A stretch of DNA of 64,000 nt. Source: Nemertoderma westbladi (Eukaryota > Animalia > Xenacoelomorpha). Below the pieces are notes generated by a model that was not told the DNA's origin, ran no database searches, and worked only from the letters and a program-made list of their open reading frames with translations. Each line of letters begins with the position of its first letter. The stretch's first letter is position 1. The position numbers and the translations under genes are program-made. This document shows, in pieces, positions 1 to 12,084 of this stretch. Location: NCBI GenBank assembly GCA_032718475.1, contig JAUCBJ010001454.1:31193-95192 (forward strand). The letters run 5' to 3'.

Positions 1-267
1 AATTCAGTTGTTGATACTCCGGTAATTCAGGTGGTTTTGGTGGTGGTTACATTTACTGGAGTATTCTAGAAACATAATTAACTTTAATCACACTTTAATT
101 TTAATCGTAACACCACGTGTCCTTTAATAAAACTACCTGCGGGAGAATCTGTTTGTGCAAAGTACCACAAGATGGCGTGAAGCTTTGGCTAAAAAATTCA
201 ATCGCATTTTAGTTTTTCCCAAGTCCAGTATCCCCCTTCACAAGTTATCTATATATTTCATACGCTT

Positions 268-612
268 TAGGTCCATGAGTACAACGAGTCAAAGGGAACA
301 AAACGAGTCAAAGGGTTACAGCAGGAAAGGGTACAATGAGACAAATGTACAACAGGAAAGGGTACAACGAGACAAAGGGAACAAAACGAGTCAAAGGGTA
401 CAACATGAAAGGGTACAACGAGACAAAGGGTACAAACCAGGCGGTCAAATGGTACAAAACAGGACGTCAAAGGGTACAAAACAGGACGTCAAAGGGTATA
501 AAAAAAACGAGTCAAAGTGTACAACATCAAAGGGTACGGGTCAAAGGGAACAAAACGATTCAAAGTGTACAACATTAAATGGTACAACGAATGGTAAAAA
601 ACGAACAAATGG
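268..612. repeat. Degenerate ~18-21-bp minisatellite (GGGTACAACGAGTCAAA-like)
   Basis: Repeated gggtacaa(c/a)gag(t/a)caaa units; ORFs 155-640, 267-479 and 336-578 are periodic translations of it. Confidence 0.85.
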
Positions 613-898
613 TATAACTAATTTCTTATTTATTCAATAGCCAAATACTGGTATAGCATTTATATATATACCATTCCTACATATTTCCGTTGTCTACCAG
701 ATGGACTAATAAAGCCAGTCAAATATCTCGAAAGCCACGGGGCACCAAATCAAAATTTTGATTTTTTTGGGCTTTTTGGGCCAAGAGTAAATGATAATTA
801 TGATAGGCATTGTTTGGGATTCATTTTGAAATTGTGGTAGATAAAGGGTTAAGTTAAGTATGACATCTTTAGTTTTACAATACCCTTGTCCTTCATTA

Positions 899-1235
899 GC
901 CTCGTTGCGCTCGTCCTGTTTTGTCTTAAAATAATTTTCCTAAACGGAGACTAACGACCTTTATAACTGTGCAAAGTCTCGAAACTGTGAGTAACTGCTG
1001 ATTTATGGCAGATGGATACTCGTATCCACTGTAAACTCGTTGCGTTCGTTTGATTTTTGACCAAACTTGAGATTCTTTCTAAACTTTTGCCGGACTACAC
1101 ACGTACCAAGTTTCGTTTAATTTCATCAAGGAATACCCGAGTTATTAGCGATCAAAGACAACGACGACGACGACAGACAACTCGCCAATGGCACCCATAT
1201 GCTAAGGCTTTGCTCACTTCGTGGCGCGCCCCACG
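899..1235. mobile_element. Probable non-autonomous Helentron/HINE-like remnant
   Basis: taccaagtttc...gagttattagcg, a gac/gacagac microsatellite and a terminal short hairpin (cgtggcgcgccccacg); layout resembles DINE-1/HINE-type elements. Recognised by eye only. Confidence 0.4.
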
Positions 1236-1989
1236 ACCATCCCACAACTCATCCAATAAAAATCAAACCATCTACTAAATTTTAAGAACATTAAGCGATA
1301 TTAAATTATCTGGAAAACCACACTGTGACTATATTATATCCAAAATATCTAATATTATAGGGATTTTTTATAAATCGCGATACATATTTCCTTTAAATAT
1401 ACAGTACATAGACTTATTTTTACTACTCCTAAAATTATTGTCCGTCCATCACTTCCAGTCTCGATTTTCAAGTTTTTGACTTTTGGTTTTCATCCGTTTG
1501 TAACATTTTGCAAATAAACGAATGATAAAACCCCGTAATGCATTATTAATGAATTAGAATAGCTACAGTACATGATTTTTGGCAAAAACCCTTAACTATA
1601 TTTTTGGTTTTTATAGAGTATTATTCGAATGGATTGAAGATCTGAAAAGGTCCATTAATGGAATGGATCAGGTTACATTGACACGTTAGTCTAACCAAAA
1701 CAATAAATCAGAGGAGTACTCTGCGTTGATACCACTGCTTAAGCAGTGGTATCAACGCAGAGTACTACGTTTTTATTGATAATATGCCCACCTGCTGGCA
1801 GTGTTTGTTGGAACTATAGATACAGTACACCGTCCTACCAAACTAATTTAACTGCACGCTTTATTTATGAGAGAACAGAGCATATAGCCATCAAGGGAGG
1901 CCTGAATCAGCACTGCAATAGTTGGATTATTGATGGTGAATTTTAATTTCATCTTTCTGGTTCTGGATATTCCATAAGAATATCGAAAT

Positions 1990-2822
1990 TAGAGACGGGG
2001 GCGGGGGGGGGGGGGGACTGGACGCAAATCCCATCTCGGCGAATTAATATCCCGCCCCTATGTTCTAATTCTCAATTTAGGGAAAGGAGCAGGTTACAGT
2101 GGCGCGTTATTCTAACCAAAACAATAAACGAAACACAATAGAGACAGGTTACATTACAGTTTTATTTTTGGGAGTGAATCAGCTGTTATTTGCGTCGAAT
2201 TTCCCCTGGAGAGGGATGGATTTTTATTGCGTTGAAAGTCCCCCCATTTGCGTAATTCCATAAGCACCTAAAATAACATTAAATAACTGCTGAAACCCGT
2301 AAGAAGGAGCCTAAAAGTATGAGAATTTGTTGTTGAATATAGGAGATTGGGAGACTAACTCTAAAACGTCCTAACGTCCCTCGCAATATGTCTATCTCTG
2401 GTCGGTCAATATGTAACCAATGTCTTCTAATATATTTTCGTCACTACAAAAAATATCTAGAGATTTCCCTGGTTGGTGATTCCATTTCCGATGTCATTTT
2501 TACGTTAGACGGAAAATAAACTCTCAGTCGCTTATATTTTTACAGATACTGTAGGCATATAGATTACATTCATTCAAACATGAAAACTGGAGACAGGGGG
2601 GAAACTGCCAATCTTACCTTAAGAAAATCCCATCTTTGCGAATAATATCCCGCCTCAATGTTAAACTCTCAATTTAGGGAAAGGATCAGGTTACAGTGGC
2701 ACGTTATTTTAACCAAAACAATAAACTAAACACAATAGAACATGTTACAGTTTTATTTTTGCTCGTAAACAGCTGTTATTTTCCCCGGAGAGGGATGAAT
2801 TTTTATTGCGTCCGTTTCCCCC
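1990..2822. repeat. Two diverged direct copies (~1990-2245 and ~2590-2822) of a ~240-bp interspersed repeat
   Basis: Shared aaatcccatct..gcgaat-aatatcccgcc..ctcaatttagggaaagga.caggttacagtggc.cgttatt.taaccaaaacaataaac..ggagagggatg.atttttattgcg; the core ctaaccaaaacaataaa also occurs at ~1690 and ~11725. Confidence 0.8.
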
Positions 2823-2939
2823 CCTATCTGGAAAACTGACATCGGAAATGAAAAAAGTTTCATTTTTTATATTTGTTGGACAGACCGTCAAATGCAGTAG
2901 TCATGGAAACAATTTAGAAACATATAAATTATTTTTTAG

Positions 2940-3091
2940 ATCCCCACTTCAAGGAGAGCAGTTTCTCTATGCTCCGTAACGATGACTCAGACGATGACAC
3001 ATTATACCGGACCACCAGTCCTAACGGTAAAGCCCACACGTTGCGTGGGAACGTCGTTGATGACGTAGACGACGAAGAGGAGAGTGATTAG
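2940..3091 (+). CDS. Probable terminal coding exon of an upstream gene (acidic C-terminal tail)
   Basis: Acceptor attttttag|a at 2939/2940; open phase-1 frame PHFKESSFSMLRNDDSDDDTLYRTTSPNGKAHTLRGNVVDDVDDEEESD* ending at TAG 3089-3091; GC-rich relative to flanks; AATAAA at ~3473 and ~3594. Confidence 0.6.
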
Positions 3092-3619
3092 GGTAGAGTG
3101 CAATCCTCCAATCGCAGTAGACCCAGTAGTGTAATACTAACATATTGCTGCTATAGTAACAAACCATGTCCAATGAACATTATTGGTGCGGTATTAGCTC
3201 ATTCATAACATTGTAGTTTATAGTGTAAAGATGTATTTTTGCTGCAACTATAAAATTCCATTCATTAATGAATTAGGTTGTTATTTATTTTTCTCGTGTT
3301 TCAATGTATTAATTATGTACTTAAAGTCAATATTATATTGGAGATTGTATTAATCCAATATCATATATTCGAAATTAACTGTGAAATTGCTCTTATGACC
3401 AATTTGACAGTTTTTAGCCGAACACTAATTTCGCATTGACTTCATATGATGCCGGTAATATTGTGTGCTCGTAATAAATGATTTAGTAGCTGATTGTCAC
3501 TAATTATTATCACTGTTGCTCCGCCCGGGTTCCTGCAGCTATTATTAGTTTGTTCGTGGCCGCCTGGGTTTGTGGTTAGAATGTTTGAACGTAAATAAAT
3601 AATTATTTAATCAGAATTT

Positions 3620-5971
3620 CTACAGGGCCATCGTGTTATTTAATATCAAATTATCGGTATATAAATTTCTCGGATTATGATCAGTTCTATAGGGAATATC
3701 ATTATCAACAGGTCTATAATTACCCTTAATAGGGTTCACTATAGGAGTTTCTACTTCGCTAGCAGTATATATGCGTGTAGGCTCCACACCTTGCGCATGA
3801 GATACTTCAGACCTAACAGGTTGACACATTGTTACAGAGGGTGGTGGTATACCCTTTTTTAAGTTTACTAATTTATCGCGTTCAAGCGCGATACTTTGCT
3901 GCACTTCTTGCAACTCTAGCCTACTTTCCCTTACTGTGCCCTTGAATTGCTGGACAGTCTCCTGCATCTGCCCGAGCAGGATATCCATCCCCCGCCGTCT
4001 CTCGTCCACCCATTCGACCGCCGAAGCGGGAGTCGCCAACGTTGTAGCGGGCGGACGAGGGACAACGGGCGACAAATTGTGAATATTTCGCTCGGGGTCC
4101 AGGACCTGAACTGTCTCCTGGGCAGTTCTGCGGGGCACAGGTAGCTTAGTGCTATGCAGAGGGAATTTAGAGGTAGTTTCAGGGAGCACAGGTATGTCTA
4201 TCACCGAAGGGGTGATTTCAAGAACAGGCCTAATTATTTCAGGCTCATCTACTATAGTAGGGAGTCTTTCTATTGTAATTATTTGGTCTGTGGGTTCTGT
4301 ACTCTCTAAGTTGTTGTTATTTAGTTGCCTTCTAACAGCTGGAGGCAAATCAGGCAATTTCGGTCGGTGGAATGTTCTTTTACGTCTGCTTAAGCGGGAT
4401 CGATTTACTCCGCCTTCAGTGTCGGTGGTATCGCCTTCCTCGGATGATGTATAACCTTGTCGTTTAGGAGTAGATCGATTCATCATCTGCATATTACTAG
4501 CTGTTAACTGTTTATTTATGCAGTCTTGATTCTCCTGAATGTTTTCCAATTCTAATTGGGTGGTTTCTTCAGCCGCTTTCCGTTCTGCTTCTGCCACTTT
4601 TGCCTCTGCCGCTGCCTCTGCCTCTGCCGCTTTTGCCTCTGCCGCTGCCTCTGCTGCTTTTGCCTCTGCCGCTGCCTCTGCCGCTTTTGCCTTGGCCGCT
4701 GCCTCTGCCGCTTTTGCCTTGGCCGCTACCTCTGCCGCCTTTGCCTTGGCCGCTGCCGCCTTTCTTTCTGCTTCTGCAGCTACCACTGCTGCTTTCTTTC
4801 TGTCTTCTATGCGTTTTTTCTTTACTTGTTCTTCCCTTTCTCTAGCGATGCGGAGTTGTTCATCGAATTTAGCTTGGTTCGCCGCTAACCTATCCACATC
4901 AATCGCATCTAACACAAGTTTGGCTCCTTCGCTATTAGGGCTAAGTCCCTCTAGTCTTCTCCTCAACTCTTCATCTCCCACAAAACGCTGATAGTCTGAC
5001 AGATAGATATCAATGGCATCCTTCTTATGCGGTTTCTCTGCCGTCGCTTCACTTTCCACTTGGGAAAAAGTAGCGTCTGTTGATTCTCCATGGGTTGAGC
5101 GCTCCTCCAACTGAGCCTTCCACTGAGCTGCTCCTTGAACCTGGCGACTCACCCGTTGAAACCAAGTCTTTACGGCAACTTGCAACGACGTGTCTTGTCT
5201 TCTTTTAGAAGCCTCCTCAAAGGCGGATAAGATTAGCCTAATTCGTAGAACTCTTTCTCTAACTTGATAAAGCAGCGATCCCTGCTCTTGAGGTCCTTGA
5301 GGTTGTTTAAACAGTTGTCTTTCTACTCGCTCCATAGAGCTGAAGAATCCCTGGGCGTATCCGGCTGCGGACCTCTTCCATACAGCTGGATCGATGGTTT
5401 CCTTGGCTACTCCCATCCGGTGTATGTCTTCCCAGGCAGCTTCTGATAAATCAAACGGGAGTCCGGGTCCGGGGAAGTTCCATTGCGACTCGACAATAGA
5501 CTTCAGTTCTTCACTAGTGTATCCCGCGTAGTTATCTCTAGTTGACCGTTGACTTCTCGCCCAATCGATCTGGTGTTCTTCCACCGCGATCAATAACCCA
5601 GCGAGCACGGCTGCAGGAAGGATGAGAAGGGGATCCGTATAAACCGCATCCGTCATCTCTGCTCCGCTCTCGGGTGTCAGCTCTACAGTATCCTCACTAC
5701 TGGAGCTGCTGGGCCGCTGAGGAATAAGTTCTTGACTAGTGGGTTGTTGCTGTTCCGCTGCCTTTTGGTCCCGCTTGACCTGAGCTCGGGTGCCTATGAT
5801 AGACCTACGATGTTGGACCAGCCTAGGTTCTGTTATTACTACTGGAGGGATGACCTTCCTCACAGTGGGAGGTGAACTGGATTTACGACCAGACGTTTGT
5901 ACGTCTCTATCTGAGTCGCAGATAGTTACATCTAATAAACTGTCTGACAGGTTCTGCTTAGTATCAGACAT
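3620..5971 (-). CDS. 783-aa intronless orphan ORF, probably retrotransposon Gag/ORF1-like (coiled coil, AEAKAAEA repeats)
   Basis: 2.35-kb uninterrupted ORF in an intron-rich genome; helical N-terminal domain, 27-bp repeat (~4575-4770) encoding Ala/Glu/Lys helix, S/T/P-rich linker, second coiled coil; no pol ORF or LTR pair seen. Confidence 0.55.
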   Translation of the reverse strand: MSDTKQNLSDSLLDVTICDSDRDVQTSGRKSSSPPTVRKVIPPVVITEPRLVQHRRSIIGTRAQVKRDQKAAEQQQPTSQELIPQRPSSSSSEDTVELTPESGAEMTDAVYTDPLLILPAAVLAGLLIAVEEHQIDWARSQRSTRDNYAGYTSEELKSIVESQWNFPGPGLPFDLSEAAWEDIHRMGVAKETIDPAVWKRSAAGYAQGFFSSMERVERQLFKQPQGPQEQGSLLYQVRERVLRIRLILSAFEEASKRRQDTSLQVAVKTWFQRVSRQVQGAAQWKAQLEERSTHGESTDATFSQVESEATAEKPHKKDAIDIYLSDYQRFVGDEELRRRLEGLSPNSEGAKLVLDAIDVDRLAANQAKFDEQLRIAREREEQVKKKRIEDRKKAAVVAAEAERKAAAAKAKAAEVAAKAKAAEAAAKAKAAEAAAEAKAAEAAAEAKAAEAEAAAEAKVAEAERKAAEETTQLELENIQENQDCINKQLTASNMQMMNRSTPKRQGYTSSEEGDTTDTEGGVNRSRLSRRKRTFHRPKLPDLPPAVRRQLNNNNLESTEPTDQIITIERLPTIVDEPEIIRPVLEITPSVIDIPVLPETTSKFPLHSTKLPVPRRTAQETVQVLDPERNIHNLSPVVPRPPATTLATPASAVEWVDERRRGMDILLGQMQETVQQFKGTVRESRLELQEVQQSIALERDKLVNLKKGIPPPSVTMCQPVRSEVSHAQGVEPTRIYTASEVETPIVNPIKGNYRPVDNDIPYRTDHNPRNLYTDNLILNNTMAL

Positions 5972-6104
5972 GACTATGTATACCGTTGAATGTCTACTGC
6001 TGTATTACAGTCTAAGCAAGTCTAGTAACTCAGTATGAACTGCTAGCCTAGTAATTAATTACCGTTACTGCTACTCAGTGTAGCGTGATATATATATAAT
6101 ATAT

Positions 6105-6355
6105 TAGAATACCGGTATACTTATAGTATATATAACTATATAAGTATTATTACAGACTAGGTTTATCACAGAATACCGGTATAATTTTAGCACAAATATA
6201 TATAAATATATAATAGGCCTATCGGAATACCGGTATACAGCTTACAGTTTGTAGGATATATAATTCTGAAATAGAATTAATTACAAGTACCGGTATAATT
6301 TCAGCCTAGATTTATAGAAATAAAGATAATAGGCCTATCGTAAATACCGGTATAT
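6105..6355. repeat. Five degenerate ~55-65-bp repeats centred on (GA)ATACCGGTATA, upstream of the 783-aa ORF
   Basis: taccggtata at ~6110, ~6174, ~6228, ~6288 and ~6345; ataataggcctatcg duplicated at ~6210 and ~6326. Confidence 0.6.
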
Positions 6356-7309
6356 CAATTATTTCAAATAATTGAATTTCTGTTACTTTAGGGTTACTTT
6401 GTTACTTTACTTACTTTATTACCGTTATTTGAGCAGTAATCCAACTGATATTGAGACCTAATTGTTATATGGTAGGCCTACTATTTATAAATCGTTAGAT
6501 TTGATTTATAATTTATATATACCCGTTTTAATGGGTTTTGTCAATGTTTGAAATAAATGTTATTATTTCTGGGGGTAATCACTACACAAAGCGGTGCGCT
6601 TTCAGTGAAGTGTTACGTATAGGACACTAAAACAAATAATTCTAATTTACCTAAGTTACTTAATACTACAAATTACGTACAATTCGGGTGAGATTACAAT
6701 CTCTAAATAAATGCAAAAATTTACAAAAACGCAAAATACGAATTTTTAGGGTAATTTTACAAGAAGTCTACAAACCAGCCTAACAAAGGGTTAGAAAACC
6801 GGTTATTACACGGACAGGGTACTACGGTATTTGAAATAATAAGTAGTAGTAAATACACTGCGTTGTCTAGATAGGAAAATGCCACCGCCTGACGACCTAT
6901 AGCCGTATCGCTATAGGTTCTACGTTATGTATCACGGAGTGTTCCTACCTAGAAGTTAATAGAGCTAATCGAATGTGCCTATCAACCACTTTACAACACA
7001 GATATAATGCCTACAATAATTACTTCGGAAAGTACGGTACACTAAACCCTAAATTAGGTACGAGTACTTGTATAACAAATAATCAGTAGTTAAATATACT
7101 TGAACAGCTAAAAGAACCACGGCATCTGCTGGAGTGACCGATGCACAAAATCACCAGTCTTTACCTACGCCGAGCAGCCCGTGTAGTACCGGGGTTAATT
7201 TAACTATAACGGTATGTATAACAAACACAATTACTGTAGGAACAAACTTAGGGACTTGAATGTTGCGAATAATCGCATAAACTCTGAATAATAAATATTA
7301 CGCTACGCG

Positions 7310-7862
7310 TACAAACTACTCAAACAAAATACAGACCGAACACTGACAGACTACTATCAAGCCTAAACAAACTACGGTATATGCAGACTCCGAAATGATT
7401 AGGGAGTATGCGCTCTAACCCAGTAGTGCGACTTATTCTTTAGTTGGGGGTTTACCTTACAGCGTTCGCTGCCCCTACTGCCTAATCGTACTTAATCGGA
7501 CAGATGATCTACACACGCGGCAATCCGTTCAGACCTAATAACAGCCAGACAACTATCCAGCCTACAAATTATCTAAATAAAATTATACGCTACCCGTACA
7601 GACTTACACAAACAAAGCACAGACTAAACGATGGCAGACTACTCTCAAGCCTAAATAAACTACAGGACATGCAGACTCCGAAATGATTAGGGAGTATGCG
7701 CTCTAACCCAGTAGTGCGACTTATTCTTTAGTTGGGGGTTTACCTTACAGCGTGGCTGCCCCTACTTCCTAACCGTACTTAATCGGACAAGTGCTCTACA
7801 CACACTGCAATTCGTTCGGACTTAACAGCAATCAGACAACAGCTCAGCCTACAAATTGTCTG
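7310..7862. repeat. Tandem duplication, period 288 bp, with an invariant ~84-bp core
   Basis: atgcagactccgaaatgattagggagtatgcg...tttaccttacagcgt identical at 7381 and 7669; flanks visibly diverged. Confidence 0.9.
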
Positions 7863-10092
7863 TACAATCTGATCAGGTTTACACGCCTTCTGTTCAATAC
7901 TGGCCTACAAATAAATAAAACTGACAGAAATAGGCCTAAGTAAAATCCCAATAAAAACCAGGCGTCCCCGATTAATTATTAAGACCTACCGGCATATATA
8001 ATCAAATCGAATAATACTGCTGTACTTATACGGAAGTAGGTACCGGTCCGGATGATCAGGCAGTCAGGCCTACTGGTTACCGGTCGACCGGTACTTTCGA
8101 CTTTATTGCTTACTGCAATAAAGAAGCTATATCCTTTAATGTTCGCGCTTTCAGACCTTTGGCAGTTTAACCCGCCAAATTAGAATGTCTTCTAGATAAT
8201 AAATCGCTTTTTAGTCTATGACAAGTATTTGATTCACTACACTAGTCGAAACCAATCCGTGCGCGACCATTCACCCGCTGGATATTCCCGGGAGATTGGG
8301 TTCGACGGTTTAATTTTTATTGCTATGTAAGCCTAATGTATTATTCGACTGACAGTATTATATAATCTCTGACAATATTATTCACCTTCGGTAATATTAA
8401 CAGTTCCTTTAGGACGTGGCGCTTTATCTATATAAACAGAGTTATGACTTAAACTACTCACAACGATATGGCTTAATTATAATTCACATATATGGCGCAT
8501 TCTTTAGGAATTGCTTCTTTAACAGACTCACTCATACACTATGCTGCACAATACTGCACACTAATCTGCCAATCTTCACTGATTTTAGTCACATATAAAA
8601 GGAACACAGGCTGACTCATGTAGGGTCTATCAAATAACATTAGATTCACTTCAAACCACTTTAACATAAGTCACAATCATTATTGGTAACCTTTCTCTCT
8701 TACCTTAGGTATATCAAGAATATTGGGTTGCGGGGTTATTTATCGTTATTCCAAATATAATTATTCATCAACCATATTATGAAGAACTGACAGCAAATAG
8801 CAGTATAAAACAACAAGTCAGTACCGGTATGTCAGCAATGAGACATAGGCATGCAGGTCCGTCCGTTAAAGGATATATGCCCTTTATAATTAAACCTACT
8901 AGTGTACGACTAAAAAGCAGTACAGCACAAAATACTTCCAAGCCGTTCTTTCTTTGGCTCAAGACTGAATGTAAACACTGCACATAGGCATTGCGTCATT
9001 TATCGGAAATTTTCTGTACAAGGAGCCACAAAAACGCTCTAATTGGCTGACTGAACTGAGAGACGCCGTAGAACAAAGGAAATCAACACGTATGAATGTC
9101 AGCTGTTAACCGTAGTCATAGTAACTACTGTTCAAGAGTAGCTATCACCCCTTTGCGTCACGAATTGCCATAGAATCATAAAATATGCCTTTCACAGTAC
9201 ACATACGGAGGAAATAGGTCTTAGATCCTCTAAAAACACCGATACAGCAATAATACGGTCTCTTACACTTATTAAATCAACTACAGAGTATTTTAATGTA
9301 AAAGATAATAAAATAACGGGGCAATTCAGCAAAGGCTTTTACATCAGCTGTGAGCGCAGACTCAGATACACGATTTACCTCAAAGTAATCAGGTAATAAA
9401 TACCCTGTAATTGTTTAGAAGCTTCTCAAAGTGGGTCTTCAAAACATTATTGAGACATCATCTGGAGTTCAAGGTTAACCTTGGTGGTTGGTTGGCTTTT
9501 CCTCCAGTCAGTGAGCAGTCAGCAGTCAGTGAGCAGGTTAATTGATTGCCGTGCCTGGGCTGATTGCTCAGCATTGTTTGTCATCAACCTGCTGGTTTAA
9601 GCTCCTTCAGAATATAAGAGTATCATATAACCTACAAGCCGTGAAATATAAATTCATAACCCGAACAGCGATCTCACTAGCAACTGAACTATTATGAGAT
9701 TATAATTTCTAATAATTCAATGTTCGGCGGATATTGGAATATTTATTTGTTTAATAAATAAACTCGACTACAAATGAATGGGCAATCCACAGTCGTTCCT
9801 TATTGTAGACAGAAAACGTTGTTGTTACAATCATAAGACAAGTTTGCTAAATAAGCAGGCATATAAATTATCAGTTATGTATTATTATAGTCAGTTTGTG
9901 GCCGAGGTTACATTGTAGATTCCTTTATGAACTGTAAATGTATCAATTTGCATATGAGACTACAGTATTTGATTTTTATAGATTTGTAATAATTTTGCGA
10001 ATAATTGTTATATTTATTTATTATTTGCTAAGAGAATCATTATTACCCGACTGTCAATTAAAATTGTCGAATTGCGTCATTTAATCATTTAG

Positions 10093-11077
10093 TCATTTCA
10101 TTTCTGATGTCAGTTTTTACGACTGACCAACTCTAGGCTGTCTGTGTCTGTATGTATGTCTGTTTGTCTGTCAGTCTGTCTGTCAAAAAATAAGGTAGCA
10201 TATCATGTAATAAAAACATTCGCTATGGGGTTTTCTAGGTCTCTGATTTCATTTCTGATGTCCTTTTTTACGACTGACCAACTCTAGGCTGACTGTGTCT
10301 GTATGTATGTATGTTTGTCTGTCAGTCTGTTTGTCAAAAAATAAGGAAGCATATTATGTAATAAAAACATTCGCTATGGGGGTTTTCTAGGTCTCTGATT
10401 TCATTTCTGATGTCAGTTTTTACGACTGACCAACTCTAGGCTGTCTGTGTCTGTATGTATGTCTGTTTGTCTATCAGTCTGTCTGTCAAAAACTAAGGAA
10501 GCATATTATGTCACACAGTGTGTCGTGAGTCGAGCCAGGCGTGAAAACTGACATCAGAAATGAAATCAGAGACCTGGAAAACCCCCACTTATTTTTTGAC
10601 AGACAGACTGACAGACAGACAAACAGATATACAGACATACATACAGACACAGACAGCCTAGAGTTGGTCAGTCGTAAAAACTGACATCAGAAATGAAATC
10701 AGAGACCTGGAAAACCCCCATGGCGAATGTTTTCATTACATAATAGGCTTCCGTATTTTTTGACTGACAGACAAACAGACATACAGACATACATACAGAC
10801 ACAGACAGCCTAGAGTTGGTCAGTCGTAAAAACTGACATCAGAAATGAAATCAGAGACCTGGAAAACCCCCATGGCGAATGTTTTCATTACATAATATGC
10901 TTCCGTATTTTTTGACTGACAGACAAACAGACATACATACAGACACAGACAGCCTAGAGTTGGTCAGTCGTAAAAACTGACATCAGAAATGAGATCAGCT
11001 ACCTGGAAAACCCCCATGGCGAATGTTTTTATTACATAATATGCTTCCTTATTTTTTGACAGACAGACTGACAGACA
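10093..11077. repeat. Inverted arrays of a ~150-bp satellite-like unit (3 forward, about 4 reverse)
   Basis: Unit tcatttctgatgtcagtttttacgactgaccaactctaggctgtctgtgtctg... at 10093-10510; reverse complement (aaaactgacatcagaaatgaaatcagagacctggaaaacccc) from ~10544 to 11077. Confidence 0.9.
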
Positions 11078-11595
11078 TTTTATTACCAGTACCAGCAGGC
11101 CTTTATATTCCATTATACTTACTGCTCTACAGCCCTACCAAAAACCAAAACAACCAATTAAAATTTGAAATTACCACTTAATTTTGTTATGAGGAAGAGT
11201 ACTGAACATGTAATGGGTGTGTCAGCTATCAGACTGACATGTTTAGGTGGCCATAGAGCTCCTAGTACTTCGTGGCATAACACCTAGGCCATAGTACAGT
11301 AGGTGTGACCTAACTGTTATGCCATAGTAGTGAAAGGGTTAAGATGCATATATTTGAATATAAGATTGTACACTGCAGCTACTTGTGTATTATTCACAGA
11401 CTGTATTCCATGGAGTGGCTGAATTGTGCCACTTATTACTTCTTTGTTTTTATTTAAGCGACTTTTTGTTCGACCAAAAACTCACTTAATAAATTGGCTA
11501 ATTTGACTGTAAAATAGTGGGTAATTTTATCAACTAGCTAGTTTTTGATAATTTAATTTGATTATCCCGCTTTAATTCACCAACGCAAATTCTTT

Positions 11596-12017
11596 CAAGT
11601 TGCCGTAAAAGTTGGGCCCATGTGAAGAATACCTGACTTCCTGCCGTTATATTTCACTTTGCAGTTACCGCCATGTGAAGAATACCAGGTTTTCACCAAA
11701 AACACAAGTTACAGAAGGGCCGAATCTAACCAAAACAATAAACGAATTAGTATATGTACAGGTTATAAGACAGAAATAAGCGCTATAAAACACTTAATAA
11801 AGATAAATTAAAAAACATAAAAAATCTTCATATAAAAATTCCAATAAAAATTCGACCGAAAAGTGAAATCCTGGGCATCTTCACATGGGCGAAAAGTTGA
11901 GCAACTTTTACAGGAACTTTTTTAAGTGTTTACATGGAGCAACTTGATCGGCAACCTGGGTTGCTCTACAAGTTGCCGAGAAAGTTGCTCTAAAAGTTGC
12001 CACGTGTAAACAGGCCT
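11596..12017. mobile_element. PIF/Harbinger-like MITE remnant (right end only)
   Basis: Ends ...cacgtgtaaacaggcct|taa (Harbinger-type GGCCTGTTTACAC TIR with TAA target); internal aagttgc repeats; left TIR not found. Confidence 0.5.
11615..11891. mobile_element. 277-bp MITE with 8-bp TSD, nested in the Harbinger-like remnant
   Basis: TIR (g/c)GCCCATGTGAAGA...TCTTCACATGGGC(g); TSD aaaagttg at 11607-11614 and 11892-11899. Confidence 0.8.
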
Positions 12018-12084
12018 TAAGAAACAGACATTTACCAATTCCCCATAGGAAACGGGTACTCATTCATTTTACCGATTAAATTAT

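Noticed and set aside
4539-4991. Plus-strand Ala-, Cys- and Pro/Leu-rich ORFs
   Set aside because: Antisense shadows of the 27-bp repeat inside the 783-aa ORF.
7201-7213. TAACTATAACGGT, resembling the LSU rRNA / I-CeuI site
   Set aside because: Only 13 nt match, with no surrounding rRNA sequence.
9150-9172. Possible primer-binding site (minus strand TGGCAATTCGTGAC) for the Gag-like ORF
   Set aside because: No convincing tRNA 3'-end match and no LTR pair or adjacent CA end.
9320-9620. GC-richer patch, possibly coding
   Set aside because: Stops in all frames examined and no recognisable motif.
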